In this document: piece after piece, positions 18,271-26,235 of the stretch
Layout: every line of letters begins with the position of its first letter
Numbering within the stretch: position 1 is the stretch's first letter
Source: an uncultured Actinomycetota bacterium
GTDB taxonomy: Bacteria; Actinomycetota; Actinomycetes; JAFAQI01
DNA length: 64,000 nucleotides
Direction of reading: 5' to 3'
NCBI GenBank assembly: GCA_963770565.1
Contig: CAVYQE010000002.1
Location: 656,672-720,671, forward strand
Notes under the pieces: generated by a model
What the model was told of the DNA's origin: nothing
Databases searched by the model: none
The model's input: only the letters and a program-made list of their open reading frames with translations
Translations under genes and position numbers: made by a program

Positions 18271-19104
18271 ATGAGGCAGGAGTCACACCCACCGGGCCTG
18301 GCCCGAATCGACCGAACCGGGTCGGTGTCGCTGTGGGCGCAGGTCCGCGCTGATCTGGAGCGACGGCTCGCGGTCGATGAGTTCGACGGTGACTTCCCCG
18401 GCGAACTGGAGCTGACCGCGCAATACGCGGTCAGCCGGCACACCATTCGGGAGGCGTTGCGTCACCTGCGCGCGGAAGGCCTCGTCATCAGTGAGCGCGG
18501 ACGCCGCTCTCGCCTCGCCGACCACGCTGAAATCGAGCAACCGCTCGGCGCGCTCTACAGCCTGTTCGCCTCGGTCGAGGCCGCCGGTCTGGAGCAGCGC
18601 AGCGTCGTCCGCGCCCTTGATCTCCGCGCCGACGGAGTCATCGCGCCGCGACTCGACGTCGAGGAGTCCACCCCACTGCTCTATCTGGAACGGCTCCGTC
18701 TGGCCGGCGAGAAGCCGTTCGCGATGGACCGCGTCTGGCTCCCCGCGTCAGTCGCCGAACCGCTGCTCGACGCGGACTTCACCCACACTGCCCTGTACGA
18801 CGAACTCGCCGCGCGCTGCGGATTCCGCCTGACCGGCGGCCGGGAACACATCCGCGCGGTCCTTCCGACCACGGCCGAACGCAGACTGCTCGAACTCGAC
18901 GACACCACCGCACTGTTCGCGATCGAACGCCTTGGTGAACGGGCCGGCCAGCCAATGGAGTGGCGCCACACCCTGGTCCGTGGCGACCGATTCGCCCTCA
19001 CTGCCGACTTCACCGCCCACACCGGCTACCGGCTCGAGCTGTCCGGCCCCGAACGACAGGCTTCCAACCTCGCGACCGCATCGCAAGGACACGCCCATGG
19101 CTGA
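18271..19104 (+). CDS. GntR-family regulator with UTRA effector domain (HutC/FarR subfamily)
   Basis: N-terminal GntR HTH (...ELELTAQYAVSRHTIREALRHLRAEGLVISERGRRSRLA), C-terminal UTRA-like domain. 277 aa. Embedded in the sqr-rhodanese-tauE gene string. Confidence 0.8.
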   Translation: MRQESHPPGLARIDRTGSVSLWAQVRADLERRLAVDEFDGDFPGELELTAQYAVSRHTIREALRHLRAEGLVISERGRRSRLADHAEIEQPLGALYSLFASVEAAGLEQRSVVRALDLRADGVIAPRLDVEESTPLLYLERLRLAGEKPFAMDRVWLPASVAEPLLDADFTHTALYDELAARCGFRLTGGREHIRAVLPTTAERRLLELDDTTALFAIERLGERAGQPMEWRHTLVRGDRFALTADFTAHTGYRLELSGPERQASNLATASQGHAHG

Positions 19105-19450
19105 CCCCTTCGATCCGCAGACTCGGGTCGACGAAGTCAGCCCGGCCGCAGCGCGGGACCTCGCCGATGCCGGTGCCGTGCTCGTCGATGTCCGTGAGCC
19201 GGACGAATGGGCCGCGGGCCACATCGCCGACGCACAGCACATCCCGCTCGGCGACCTCGACCCTGACCTGTTCGTCGGCGGCCCGCTCGTAGTCGCTGTG
19301 TGCCGCTCGGGGCACCGCTCCGGCACCGCGGCGCTGCGATTGCACGACGCGGGAGTCGACGTCCGCAACATGACGGGCGGAATGAAGGCCTGGCAGGCCG
19401 ACGGCCTGCCCGTCACCCGCGACGACGGCACCACCGGCTCAGTCGCGTGA
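19097..19450 (+). CDS. Single-domain rhodanese sulfurtransferase
   Basis: 117 aa with active-site loop CRSGHRS. Overlaps the gntR stop by 8 nt and the tauE start by 4 nt. Confidence 0.8.
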   Translation: MADPFDPQTRVDEVSPAAARDLADAGAVLVDVREPDEWAAGHIADAQHIPLGDLDPDLFVGGPLVVAVCRSGHRSGTAALRLHDAGVDVRNMTGGMKAWQADGLPVTRDDGTTGSVA

Positions 19451-20370
19451 CGCTCGCCTTGGCACTTCTCCTCGGTGCCGTCATCGGGCTCAGCCTGGGG
19501 GCCCTTGGTGGTGGCGGTTCGATCCTCACCGTCCCGGCGCTCGTGTATGCGCTCGGCGAGAAGGCGTCGGCAGCCACGACCGGCAGCCTGATCATTGTCG
19601 GGATCACCGCGCTCGTTGGTTCCTTCGGCCACGCACGAGCGGGCCGGGTGCGCTGGCGCGCCGGGTTCGGTTTCGGTCTCGCCGGGGTCGCCTCGAGCTC
19701 CCTCGGGACAGCGCTCAACCGTCATATCAACCCGGATGTGCTGCTGCTCGCCTTCGCCGGCCTGGTGGTGATCGCAGCGTCAGGTATGTGGCGTCATGCC
19801 GGGGCTGCCATCGCGGTATCTGGTGATCAGCTCGAGCTTCGCGTCGCCGAGCCTGCTTTGGCGGTGGACGGCTCAAACGCTTCGAGGAGCGCAGCGGTCG
19901 AACTACCCGGCGACCGAGGCATCCGTCCCACACCGGCCAGCCAGCCGGAGGGATCGATCGACTTCCCCGGTGGCTCAACCACCCACGATTCCCTGAGAAC
20001 CGTCCTCAAGGTGGTCGCCGCCGGTCTTATCGTCGGCTTTCTCACCGGGTTCTTCGGTGTTGGCGGCGGCTTCGTCATCGTGCCCGCCCTGGCCCTCGTA
20101 CTCGCCTACCCGATGCCTGAGGCGATCGGAACGTCCCTGCTGATCATCGCCATCAACTCAGCAGCCGCCCTCGGCGAACGAGCCGGCCAACATCAGACAG
20201 TTCATTGGCACGTGATCGCGCCGTTTACGGTCGCGGCTGTTGCCGCCAGCCTCGCCGGCAAGCAGGTCGCCGACCGAGTCGACGGACCAAGGCTGACGCG
20301 CGCCTTCGTCATTCTTCTGATCGCGGTCGCGATCTACACCGCGGTCCGCAGCATCGTCGGCCTCAGCTGA
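19447..20370 (+). CDS. TauE/SafE (DUF81) sulfite/sulfur-compound exporter family membrane protein
   Basis: Duplicated 4-TM halves, each with a glycine-rich motif: LGALGGGGSILTVPAL and FFGVGGGFVIVPAL. GTG start overlapping the rhodanese stop. Confidence 0.8.
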   Translation: MTLALALLLGAVIGLSLGALGGGGSILTVPALVYALGEKASAATTGSLIIVGITALVGSFGHARAGRVRWRAGFGFGLAGVASSSLGTALNRHINPDVLLLAFAGLVVIAASGMWRHAGAAIAVSGDQLELRVAEPALAVDGSNASRSAAVELPGDRGIRPTPASQPEGSIDFPGGSTTHDSLRTVLKVVAAGLIVGFLTGFFGVGGGFVIVPALALVLAYPMPEAIGTSLLIIAINSAAALGERAGQHQTVHWHVIAPFTVAAVAASLAGKQVADRVDGPRLTRAFVILLIAVAIYTAVRSIVGLS

Positions 20371-20495
20371 GCAGACGGGAGACACCTGCTGTCACACGAC
20401 ACGACGGGCAAGGGTGGAGACTTCAACTGGGCACTAGCGGGGACTTCCAACTGGCCATAGTTGGGAATAGACGCCGGGCGAGTGCCGTTGAATCC

Positions 20496-20513
20496 TATAC
20501 CCCTAGGGGTATA
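20496..20513. promoter_or_regulatory. CsoR/CstR-type operator op3 (TATACCCCTAGGGGTATA)
   Basis: Perfect 18-bp palindrome of the form TACCC-N4-GGGTA. 17 bp upstream of the GGAGGAG RBS and ATG 20530 of the DUF2892-like gene. Confidence 0.85.
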
Positions 20514-20529
20514 CTGGAGGAGAAACGCC

Positions 20530-20739
20530 ATGGAACTCGTACGCTTTATGCAGACTTCGATAGGAAGAAGCCTTCGGGCCGTGCTCGGGGTGGTCCTGAT
20601 CGCCGTCGGTGTCGTCCTTGGTGGTGCCTGGCTAGCGCTGGCTGGTATCGGTCTCGTTCCCCTTATCGTCGGATCGGCGGGTCTTTGCCTCATCGCCCCT
20701 CTACTCCACGCTCCGATCCGTGGAGCTCAGAGATCATGA
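20530..20739 (+). CDS. Small two-TM membrane protein, DUF2892/YgaP-C-terminal-like
   Basis: 69 aa: MELVRFMQTSIGRSLRAVLGVVLIAVGVVLGGAWLALAGIGLVPLIVGSAGLCLIAPLL; two hydrophobic helices and a Cys near the second. Strong RBS. This family commonly partners rhodaneses. Confidence 0.45.
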   Translation: MELVRFMQTSIGRSLRAVLGVVLIAVGVVLGGAWLALAGIGLVPLIVGSAGLCLIAPLLHAPIRGAQRS

Positions 20740-20794
20740 GTGAGGCGCGCTCCGATTTCGGCAACTCACACATGACAGTTGACGGGACACGAGC

Positions 20795-21400
20795 GTGACC
20801 ACGCTGGACCGGCAAGGGTGGGATGAGCGGTACCGGGACACCGAGCTGGTGTGGGGCTCTGGCCCCAACCGATTTCTCGTGGACCATGTGACGAACCTGA
20901 CGCCAGGGACTGCGCTGGACGTGGCGTGCGGTGAGGGTCGCAACGCCATCTGGCTTGCGCATCAGGGATGGCGGGTGGTCGGGGTCGACTTCTCGTCCGT
21001 TGGTCTTGACAAGGCGCGAGGGCTGGCAGCGGAGACTGGTGTCACGGCGGAGTGGGTGCAGGGTGACCTCACCACATGGGAGCCACCGAAAAGCTATGAC
21101 CTCGTCGTTGTCATGTACCTGCATTTGCCAGGCGCTGTGCGTCACAGTGTCTTTGCGCGGATGGCAAAGTCGGTGGCACCGGGCGGGACCATGCTCGTGG
21201 TAGGTCATGACATGTTGAACCTCACCGAGGGAACCGGCGGTCCACAGAATGCTGCCGTTCTCTACGGGCCTGAGGACGTTGTCGGCGATATCGGCTCGGT
21301 ACTTGCGATCGAGAGAGCGGAGCGTGTTCACCGGCCGGTCTCCGGTTCGGAGGGCGAGGCGATGGCCATCGACGTCCTGGTTCGCGCTCACCGATCCTGA
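20795..21400 (+). CDS. Class I SAM-dependent methyltransferase (TehB/thiopurine-methyltransferase-like)
   Basis: Motif I LDVACGEGRNAIWLA, motif post-I VVGVDFS. 201 aa. Downstream of op3 in the same orientation. Confidence 0.8.
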   Translation: MTTLDRQGWDERYRDTELVWGSGPNRFLVDHVTNLTPGTALDVACGEGRNAIWLAHQGWRVVGVDFSSVGLDKARGLAAETGVTAEWVQGDLTTWEPPKSYDLVVVMYLHLPGAVRHSVFARMAKSVAPGGTMLVVGHDMLNLTEGTGGPQNAAVLYGPEDVVGDIGSVLAIERAERVHRPVSGSEGEAMAIDVLVRAHRS

Positions 21401-21413
21401 ACCTTTACAGGCC

Positions 21414-22127
21414 TTAGGCGGTGGCAGATGGCGCACGGAGCCACCGCAACCATTCGGTGTCGCCCATTAGGTCCAGCCGGCGCCAGAGCACGGGGTTATC
21501 CGTAGCCTGGCTTGCGTGGAGGGCGATGGCGCGATGCTGAATAGAACGGTCGACATGAAGCACGATGTCGACCTCGTCCTCGCTGCAGCCGGCAAAGCAG
21601 GTGCCGAAGGCGGCGTTGAGGGAATCGGCCACCGAGTCCGGGATCGACCAAGCAATCACAGGCAGATCAAGTAACTCGGCCGCACGCAAGGCTGCTTCTG
21701 TCGCCCGTTGATGGTCGCGGTGTCCCGTGATCCCACCGAGATCGAAGACAAGTAGCCCATGAGCACCAACCGCGTTGACATATCCAACGACATCGTCGAC
21801 CAGGATGTCGAGTTCGATGGAGTCGAGACTTCCATCAGCGTGGTCCAGCAGCCGCACATCGCTGACCGTGAGTGCATCGGCGGCGGCGGCAAGCTCGGCG
21901 ACCCGGACGACACGAAGGTCACCTGACGTCCCGTGCAGGGCTGACGCCTCGCCGTGAGTGAAACTGAGCACGGCGGTCGATGTGCCGGCGGCCGTCAAAC
22001 TAGCGATGACAGCGCCCAAGCCGAAGGACTCGTCGTCGGGGTGGGCGCACACAGCAACTACGGACGGCAGCCCCACAGCATCCAGCGTCATATCGCAATC
22101 TGACGCGCTGGGACGCCGCGCGGTCAT
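21414..22127 (-). CDS. LmbE/PIG-L-family N-acetylglucosaminyl deacetylase (MshB/Mca-like)
   Basis: Signature AHPDDE (VCAHPDDESF) and HxDH (GHRDHQ). 237 aa. Start overlaps the thioredoxin stop (ATGA), so co-transcribed with trx. Confidence 0.8.
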   Translation of the reverse strand: MTARRPSASDCDMTLDAVGLPSVVAVCAHPDDESFGLGAVIASLTAAGTSTAVLSFTHGEASALHGTSGDLRVVRVAELAAAADALTVSDVRLLDHADGSLDSIELDILVDDVVGYVNAVGAHGLLVFDLGGITGHRDHQRATEAALRAAELLDLPVIAWSIPDSVADSLNAAFGTCFAGCSEDEVDIVLHVDRSIQHRAIALHASQATDNPVLWRRLDLMGDTEWLRWLRAPSATA

Positions 22128-22492
22128 GACACGACGTTGGACTTGGCGACGAGGCGGTGGATCTCGTCCATGTCGAGGTCACGCACCTTCCCAATGAGCT
22201 CGTCCAGTGCAGCAGCCGGCAGTGCTCCGGGCTCCCTGTAGACGATCACCTCGTCGCGCAAGATCATGAGGGTCGGGATCGACATGATGCCGAACCCAGA
22301 GGCCATCTCTTGCTCGCCCTCAATGTCCACTTTGGCGAACAAGAGATCCGAGTGAGTTTCAGAGGCCTTCTCGAACACGGGGGCGAATGCCCTGCAGGGT
22401 CCGCACCACGACGCCCAGAAGTCCACCAGCACGATCTCATTGCTGGTCACCACCGTGTCGAAATCCCCTTTGGTAACAGTCACCGTGGCCAC
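22124..22492 (-). CDS. trxA: Thioredoxin
   Basis: WCGPC active site (WASWCGPCRAF). 122 aa. GTG start with GGGAAGGG RBS. op4 lies 18 bp upstream. Confidence 0.9.
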   Translation of the reverse strand: MATVTVTKGDFDTVVTSNEIVLVDFWASWCGPCRAFAPVFEKASETHSDLLFAKVDIEGEQEMASGFGIMSIPTLMILRDEVIVYREPGALPAAALDELIGKVRDLDMDEIHRLVAKSNVVS

Positions 22493-22509
22493 TGGCGCCC
22501 TTCCCTGGG

Positions 22510-22525
22510 TACCCCCTGGGGTATA
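22510..22525. promoter_or_regulatory. CsoR/CstR-type operator op4 (TACCCCCTGGGGTATA) upstream of trx-lmbE
   Basis: TACCC-N4-GGGTA palindrome 18 bp upstream of the trx GTG. Confidence 0.8.
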
Positions 22526-22575
22526 GTCTACAAGGACGGCCCGCCTGGTGTCATTCCCCCTCGCACCACAATGAG

Positions 22576-22588
22576 ATACCCGGGGTAT
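22576..22588. promoter_or_regulatory. Weak/atypical operator-like palindrome op5 (ATACCCGGGGTAT)
   Basis: Half-sites present but the spacer is 1 instead of 4. Lies 51 bp from op4 in the same intergenic region. Could be an auxiliary site or coincidence. Confidence 0.25.
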
Positions 22589-22648
22589 GACCGGGGTGGG
22601 GTCGCGTTGGACCGGTCGCTCGGTGGCGCTGATGGCGTCGTCTTGCTG

Positions 22649-23278
22649 CTATTGCGACGGACTAGCCGGATTCGCGGCCACGCCGAGGGTGAACCAGCTC
22701 CACGGTTTCGGTCCGTTGGCGTAGCGCCGCTCGATCCGCTCGATCACAAAGCCGGCATCGCCGACGAGAGCCGGAGCATCACGTGTGAGGTGGCAACCAT
22801 CTCCCAGTCGGCGCTGCCACGGGTCGAGACGGTATTGCCACCGGGCCACCGAGGCGTCGGGAGAGAGTCCGTGTTCGAGGAAATGGAAGCGGCCTCCCGG
22901 CCGGAGCACCCGGCGGAGTTCGGACAGAACCTTGGTGGGGTCGGCGACGGTGCAGAGCGTGAACGTAGAGAGCGCTGCGTCGCAGCTGGCGTCGTCAAGG
23001 GGGATCGCCTGGCCGTCGAGACCGATGTGCTCGACGGGTGTCCTGCCGGCCATGACCCGCTTCGTAGCCAATCTTCGTGCGAGCGCGGCCGGTTCGACTG
23101 CTAACACCTTCTCCACTTCTGGTGGATAGTGCTCGACGTTGAGACCGGAACCGAATCCGATCTCGACGACCCGGCCAGCGAGTCCCTCCGTCACCTCGGC
23201 GCGCCAGCCTCGCAGAGCGCCCGTGCTACATGCCCGGTCTACCAGGCGGGGAAGGACCTGCTCGCGGTAGAAGCTCAC
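22649..23278 (-). CDS. Class I SAM-dependent methyltransferase (UbiE/Methyltransf_11-like)
   Basis: Motif I VVEIGFGSGLN, motif II/III region PGGRFHFLEH. The first ~240 codons of the track ORF 22649..23998 are Arg/His/Pro-rich wrong-frame sequence. No ATG; GTG start assumed at 23278. Confidence 0.65.
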   Translation of the reverse strand: MSFYREQVLPRLVDRACSTGALRGWRAEVTEGLAGRVVEIGFGSGLNVEHYPPEVEKVLAVEPAALARRLATKRVMAGRTPVEHIGLDGQAIPLDDASCDAALSTFTLCTVADPTKVLSELRRVLRPGGRFHFLEHGLSPDASVARWQYRLDPWQRRLGDGCHLTRDAPALVGDAGFVIERIERRYANGPKPWSWFTLGVAANPASPSQ

Positions 23279-23397
23279 GGTCGCGACGCTACCGGTGCCG
23301 CCGGAGGACAACACCGCTGTGAGTGTCCGTGATCGAGGCGGGCGTCGTTTGGAGACTCCCTTGCGGTTGGCGTAGCGCGGATCTGCGCAACAAACCG

Positions 23398-24084
23398 TCA
23401 AGCGACGCGGATTGCCGCCTCGATCTCGACTCGGGCCAGCTCCTTGGTGCAGAAGAACCAGTCCTCGCACTCGATGCCGTCGATCCCGTCGTCCATGCGC
23501 TCCTTGGCGGTGCCGCATGATCCGGCGGTGGGGACGATGACCCGCTCGCCGGGCTGCCAGTCGGCGGGGGTGGCGACTGAGAAATGGTCGGCGGTCTGCA
23601 GCGCCTTGACCACCCGCAACAGTTCGGGGAAATTGCGCCCGATGCTGAGCGGGTAGTAGATGATCGTCCGGATCACGCCCTCGGGGTCGATGACAAACAC
23701 CGCGCGTACCGCCTTGGTGGAGTCCTCGCCGGGCATGATCATCCCGTACTTGCGGGCCACCTCCATCGTGATGTCCTCGATGAGGGGGAAGGTGACCTCG
23801 ACGTTCTTCATGTCGCGGTAGGTGATCTTGTCCTTGATGGTGCGCAGCCAGGCGATGTGGCTGTAGAGGCCGTCGACCGACAAGCCCACGAGGTCGGTGT
23901 TGTAGGCCGCGAACTGCTCTTGCATCGACGCGAAGGTCATGAACTCGCTGGTACAGACCGGCGTGAAGTCGGCTGGGTGCGAGAACAAGATGACCCACTT
24001 GCCGACGTAGTCGGACGGGAAGTTGATCTCCCCTTGTGTCGTCACGGCGGTAAAGGATGGCGCCGGGTCGCCGATGCGCGGCAT
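23398..24084 (-). CDS. 1-Cys peroxiredoxin (Prx6-like, AhpC/TSA family)
   Basis: Peroxidatic Cys motif FTPVCTSEF; MPRIGDPAPSF N-terminus; 228 aa from ATG 24084. The track extension to 24186 has low GC3. Confidence 0.85.
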   Translation of the reverse strand: MPRIGDPAPSFTAVTTQGEINFPSDYVGKWVILFSHPADFTPVCTSEFMTFASMQEQFAAYNTDLVGLSVDGLYSHIAWLRTIKDKITYRDMKNVEVTFPLIEDITMEVARKYGMIMPGEDSTKAVRAVFVIDPEGVIRTIIYYPLSIGRNFPELLRVVKALQTADHFSVATPADWQPGERVIVPTAGSCGTAKERMDDGIDGIECEDWFFCTKELARVEIEAAIRVA

Positions 24085-24185
24085 CGTCGGGACAAGGGCA
24101 GGCGTCTCAATACTGGTCACGGTGCGGCTTCCTCTGTTCAAATCGTCGGTGGCCCCGCAAAAGGGGGATCTACTATGACCAACCA

Positions 24186-24202
24186 ATACCCATGGGGGTA
24201 TA
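24186..24202. promoter_or_regulatory. CsoR/CstR-type operator op6 (ATACCCATGGGGGTATA) upstream of the peroxiredoxin
   Basis: TACCC-N4-GGGTA palindrome about 100 bp upstream of prx ATG 24084. Confidence 0.7.
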
Positions 24203-24990
24203 TTCCGCGTGATCGCCAGTTCCGTGACGCCCGCATCCGCATCTTTGCCCCCTGCTCGTCCAGCGTTCTACGTGGCGCGGCTCCGCGGCTCTCCCCGCGG
24301 GTCAGCACTGGCTGATCCAGGCGCCCGCGGTGGTGTTCGCGGCCCTTCGTCGGGTCGCGCAGCACGATCCGCTGCTGCTGGCCAACGGGGTCAATCTGGC
24401 CGAAGCTGAGGCCGGCTTCGACGGTTTGAACCCAAGCCCACTCTGGGATAGTGCACCTGTGGTCTGGTCAATGCGGTTCGGCGCAGCGACGGCCAGGATC
24501 CCGTCGTTGAGTCGATCTGCTGCATTCGATGGACACGCGCCGACGCTGCGCGACGGCAGGCGCTGTGGCGCCGTCGTGCTTCTCGTCGTGGCACTAGCGC
24601 TCTTCGTCCGTGACGTTCCTGCGCTTACGACCGACAGCGGCGGTGTTCATCCGGCCGTGAGCCATGCGCAGTTCGTCGCACATGGCGCCCTCGGCGTCGA
24701 CGCCGCCACCCTCACACGCAGCCTGGATCGCGGCGGCGCCCGCTCCGCGGAGCCCGCCGTTCAGGCCGATTCGCTCAGAGAACGCCCGGTCGATGCACCT
24801 TGGGCGAAACTGCCCGCGACCCAATGGGTGCCACCGCCTCGATCGTTGCCAACCGCCCGCGCACGCGCGCCCTGAAGCCGGTCTTCCTCCCTTCGTACTT
24901 AGTCACTGCGGCACTGCACGCGCACCTTCGGCCTTGGTAACGGCCAGCGTCCGCGCGGCCGGTGAATCAACTTCGCAGAAAGGACCGGGC

Positions 24991-25800
24991 GTGTCAGCTA
25001 GCAACACCACATCCCCGACGACAGACAGAATCGCACGTAGCGCAGCTATCTCCGAGCCCGAGCGGAGCCCGACCGGTGTCTCGTCCCGCCTCGCCGCCAT
25101 CCGCCGGGCCGCTCCGGAGGCGCTACTCGTTGTGGCCTTGTACATGGCATACACCGCGACCCGAAATCTCCTCCCGTCAGCACGTCGGAGCGCGATCGCG
25201 CGAGGACTGGCCGTGGAAAGGTTCGAGGGTTCGCTGCACCTTGACCCTGAACGCGCGCTCAACCAATTCGTGGCAAATCACGCCGTGTTGGCGAGCACGT
25301 GTGATTACTACTACGCGGTCGCCCACTTCGCGGTGACCCTCGCGGTGATGATGCTTCTATACCGACGAAGTCGGCCGACGGCACGTCGACTGGCAGCGGC
25401 CTGGTACGTCACCAACCTGCTGGCGCTGCTGGGCTTCTGGCTCTACGCGCTGGCGCCACCCAGGCTCCTTCCCGGCCGCGCATACGTCGACACTGTCGTC
25501 GTGTTCCATACCTGGGGGAGCTGGGGGACGGGTGCGGTGGCGTCGGCCTCGAACCAATACGCCGCGATGCCCAGCCTGCACCTCGCCTGGGCGAGTTGGT
25601 GCACGGTCGGAATCTGGCACCTGACCCGACGCCGCTCGGTGCGACTCCTTGGCGTCGCGTATCCCCTGGCGACGCTGTTCGTCGTGCTCGGCACCGCAAA
25701 CCACTATCTGCTCGACGCCTTCGCGGGGGTCGTGGCGATGGCCATCGGGCTTGCGGTGGTGTGGTACGCACAAGAAACGATGGGGGGCTCGATCGGATGA
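24991..25800 (+). CDS. PAP2-superfamily membrane protein (AUR1/IPC-synthase-like phosphatase fold), island paralogue
   Basis: Motifs NQYAAMPSLHLAWA and ANHYLLD. Paralogous to 36671..37588 (NQYAAMPSLHVGWA, ANHYLLDVVAG). GTG start at 24991 with AAAGGA RBS. Confidence 0.65.
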   Translation: MSASNTTSPTTDRIARSAAISEPERSPTGVSSRLAAIRRAAPEALLVVALYMAYTATRNLLPSARRSAIARGLAVERFEGSLHLDPERALNQFVANHAVLASTCDYYYAVAHFAVTLAVMMLLYRRSRPTARRLAAAWYVTNLLALLGFWLYALAPPRLLPGRAYVDTVVVFHTWGSWGTGAVASASNQYAAMPSLHLAWASWCTVGIWHLTRRRSVRLLGVAYPLATLFVVLGTANHYLLDAFAGVVAMAIGLAVVWYAQETMGGSIG

Positions 25801-25806
25801 GAGGGG

Positions 25807-26235
25807 GTGGGCCGCACTGACGATTTGCCAGGTGTGGTCGGGCCAATGCCCCCGACACACAGACACAGAATCCACGGACCTACCGAAGTGACCGCCCCGC
25901 AGGACACGTCCCAACAAGCGATCAAACCGTTGCCCGGGTGGCGTACCGGCGATCTCTCTTTCCGGGCGCTCGCGCTCGGTTACCTCCTGTTGGCGACTGC
26001 TGTGCTAGCTCTGGCCGCATCCGGCTCGTGGGTGGGCATGGCGGGCGCCGGCCTCGTCACCGCAGGCGAGATCGCCCTCGTCATCGTCTGGTCGGGCGCG
26101 CCGAATGCTGGTCAATTTGCCCGCTCCTCGCGACGGCCAGGCTTACCTCGTGGCGCCAAGCGGTCGCACCGAACTACCGGGTCGGGCGCCGATGCACCTG
26201 ACGATCCGACAAGGGGCGGGTCGAGCCCCACCTGA
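25807..26235 (+). CDS. Hypothetical small membrane protein
   Basis: Two predicted TM helices (LALGYLLLATAVLALAASGSWVGMAGAGLVTAGEIALVIVW). Mixed codon bias; weak support. Confidence 0.25.
   Translation: MGRTDDLPGVVGPMPPTHRHRIHGPTEVTAPQDTSQQAIKPLPGWRTGDLSFRALALGYLLLATAVLALAASGSWVGMAGAGLVTAGEIALVIVWSGAPNAGQFARSSRRPGLPRGAKRSHRTTGSGADAPDDPTRGGSSPT

Noticed and set aside
22576-22588. ATACCCGGGGTAT as a sixth full operator
   Set aside because: Half-sites are right but the spacer is 1 bp instead of 4. Kept only as a weak or auxiliary candidate.
23279-23998. N-terminal 240 aa of track ORF 22649..23998; likewise the first ~290 aa of 47612..49021 and the first ~150 aa of 60003..61448
   Set aside because: Arg/His/Pro/Gly-rich low-complexity stretches with no domain. 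The real genes start internally at the methyltransferase, GNAT and kinase domains.
24084-24186. Peroxiredoxin start at 24186 (track) giving a leaderless mRNA abutting op6
   Set aside because: The extra 34 codons have low GC3 and the AhpC/TSA family N-terminus aligns with MPRIGDPAPSF at 24084.
24203-24990. Short ORFs between the peroxiredoxin operator and the PAP2 gene (24209..24409, 24330..24875, 24391..24594, 24594..24824)
   Set aside because: No domains and inconsistent codon bias. Only 24594..24824 (minus) has coding-like GC3, and it is too uncertain to call.
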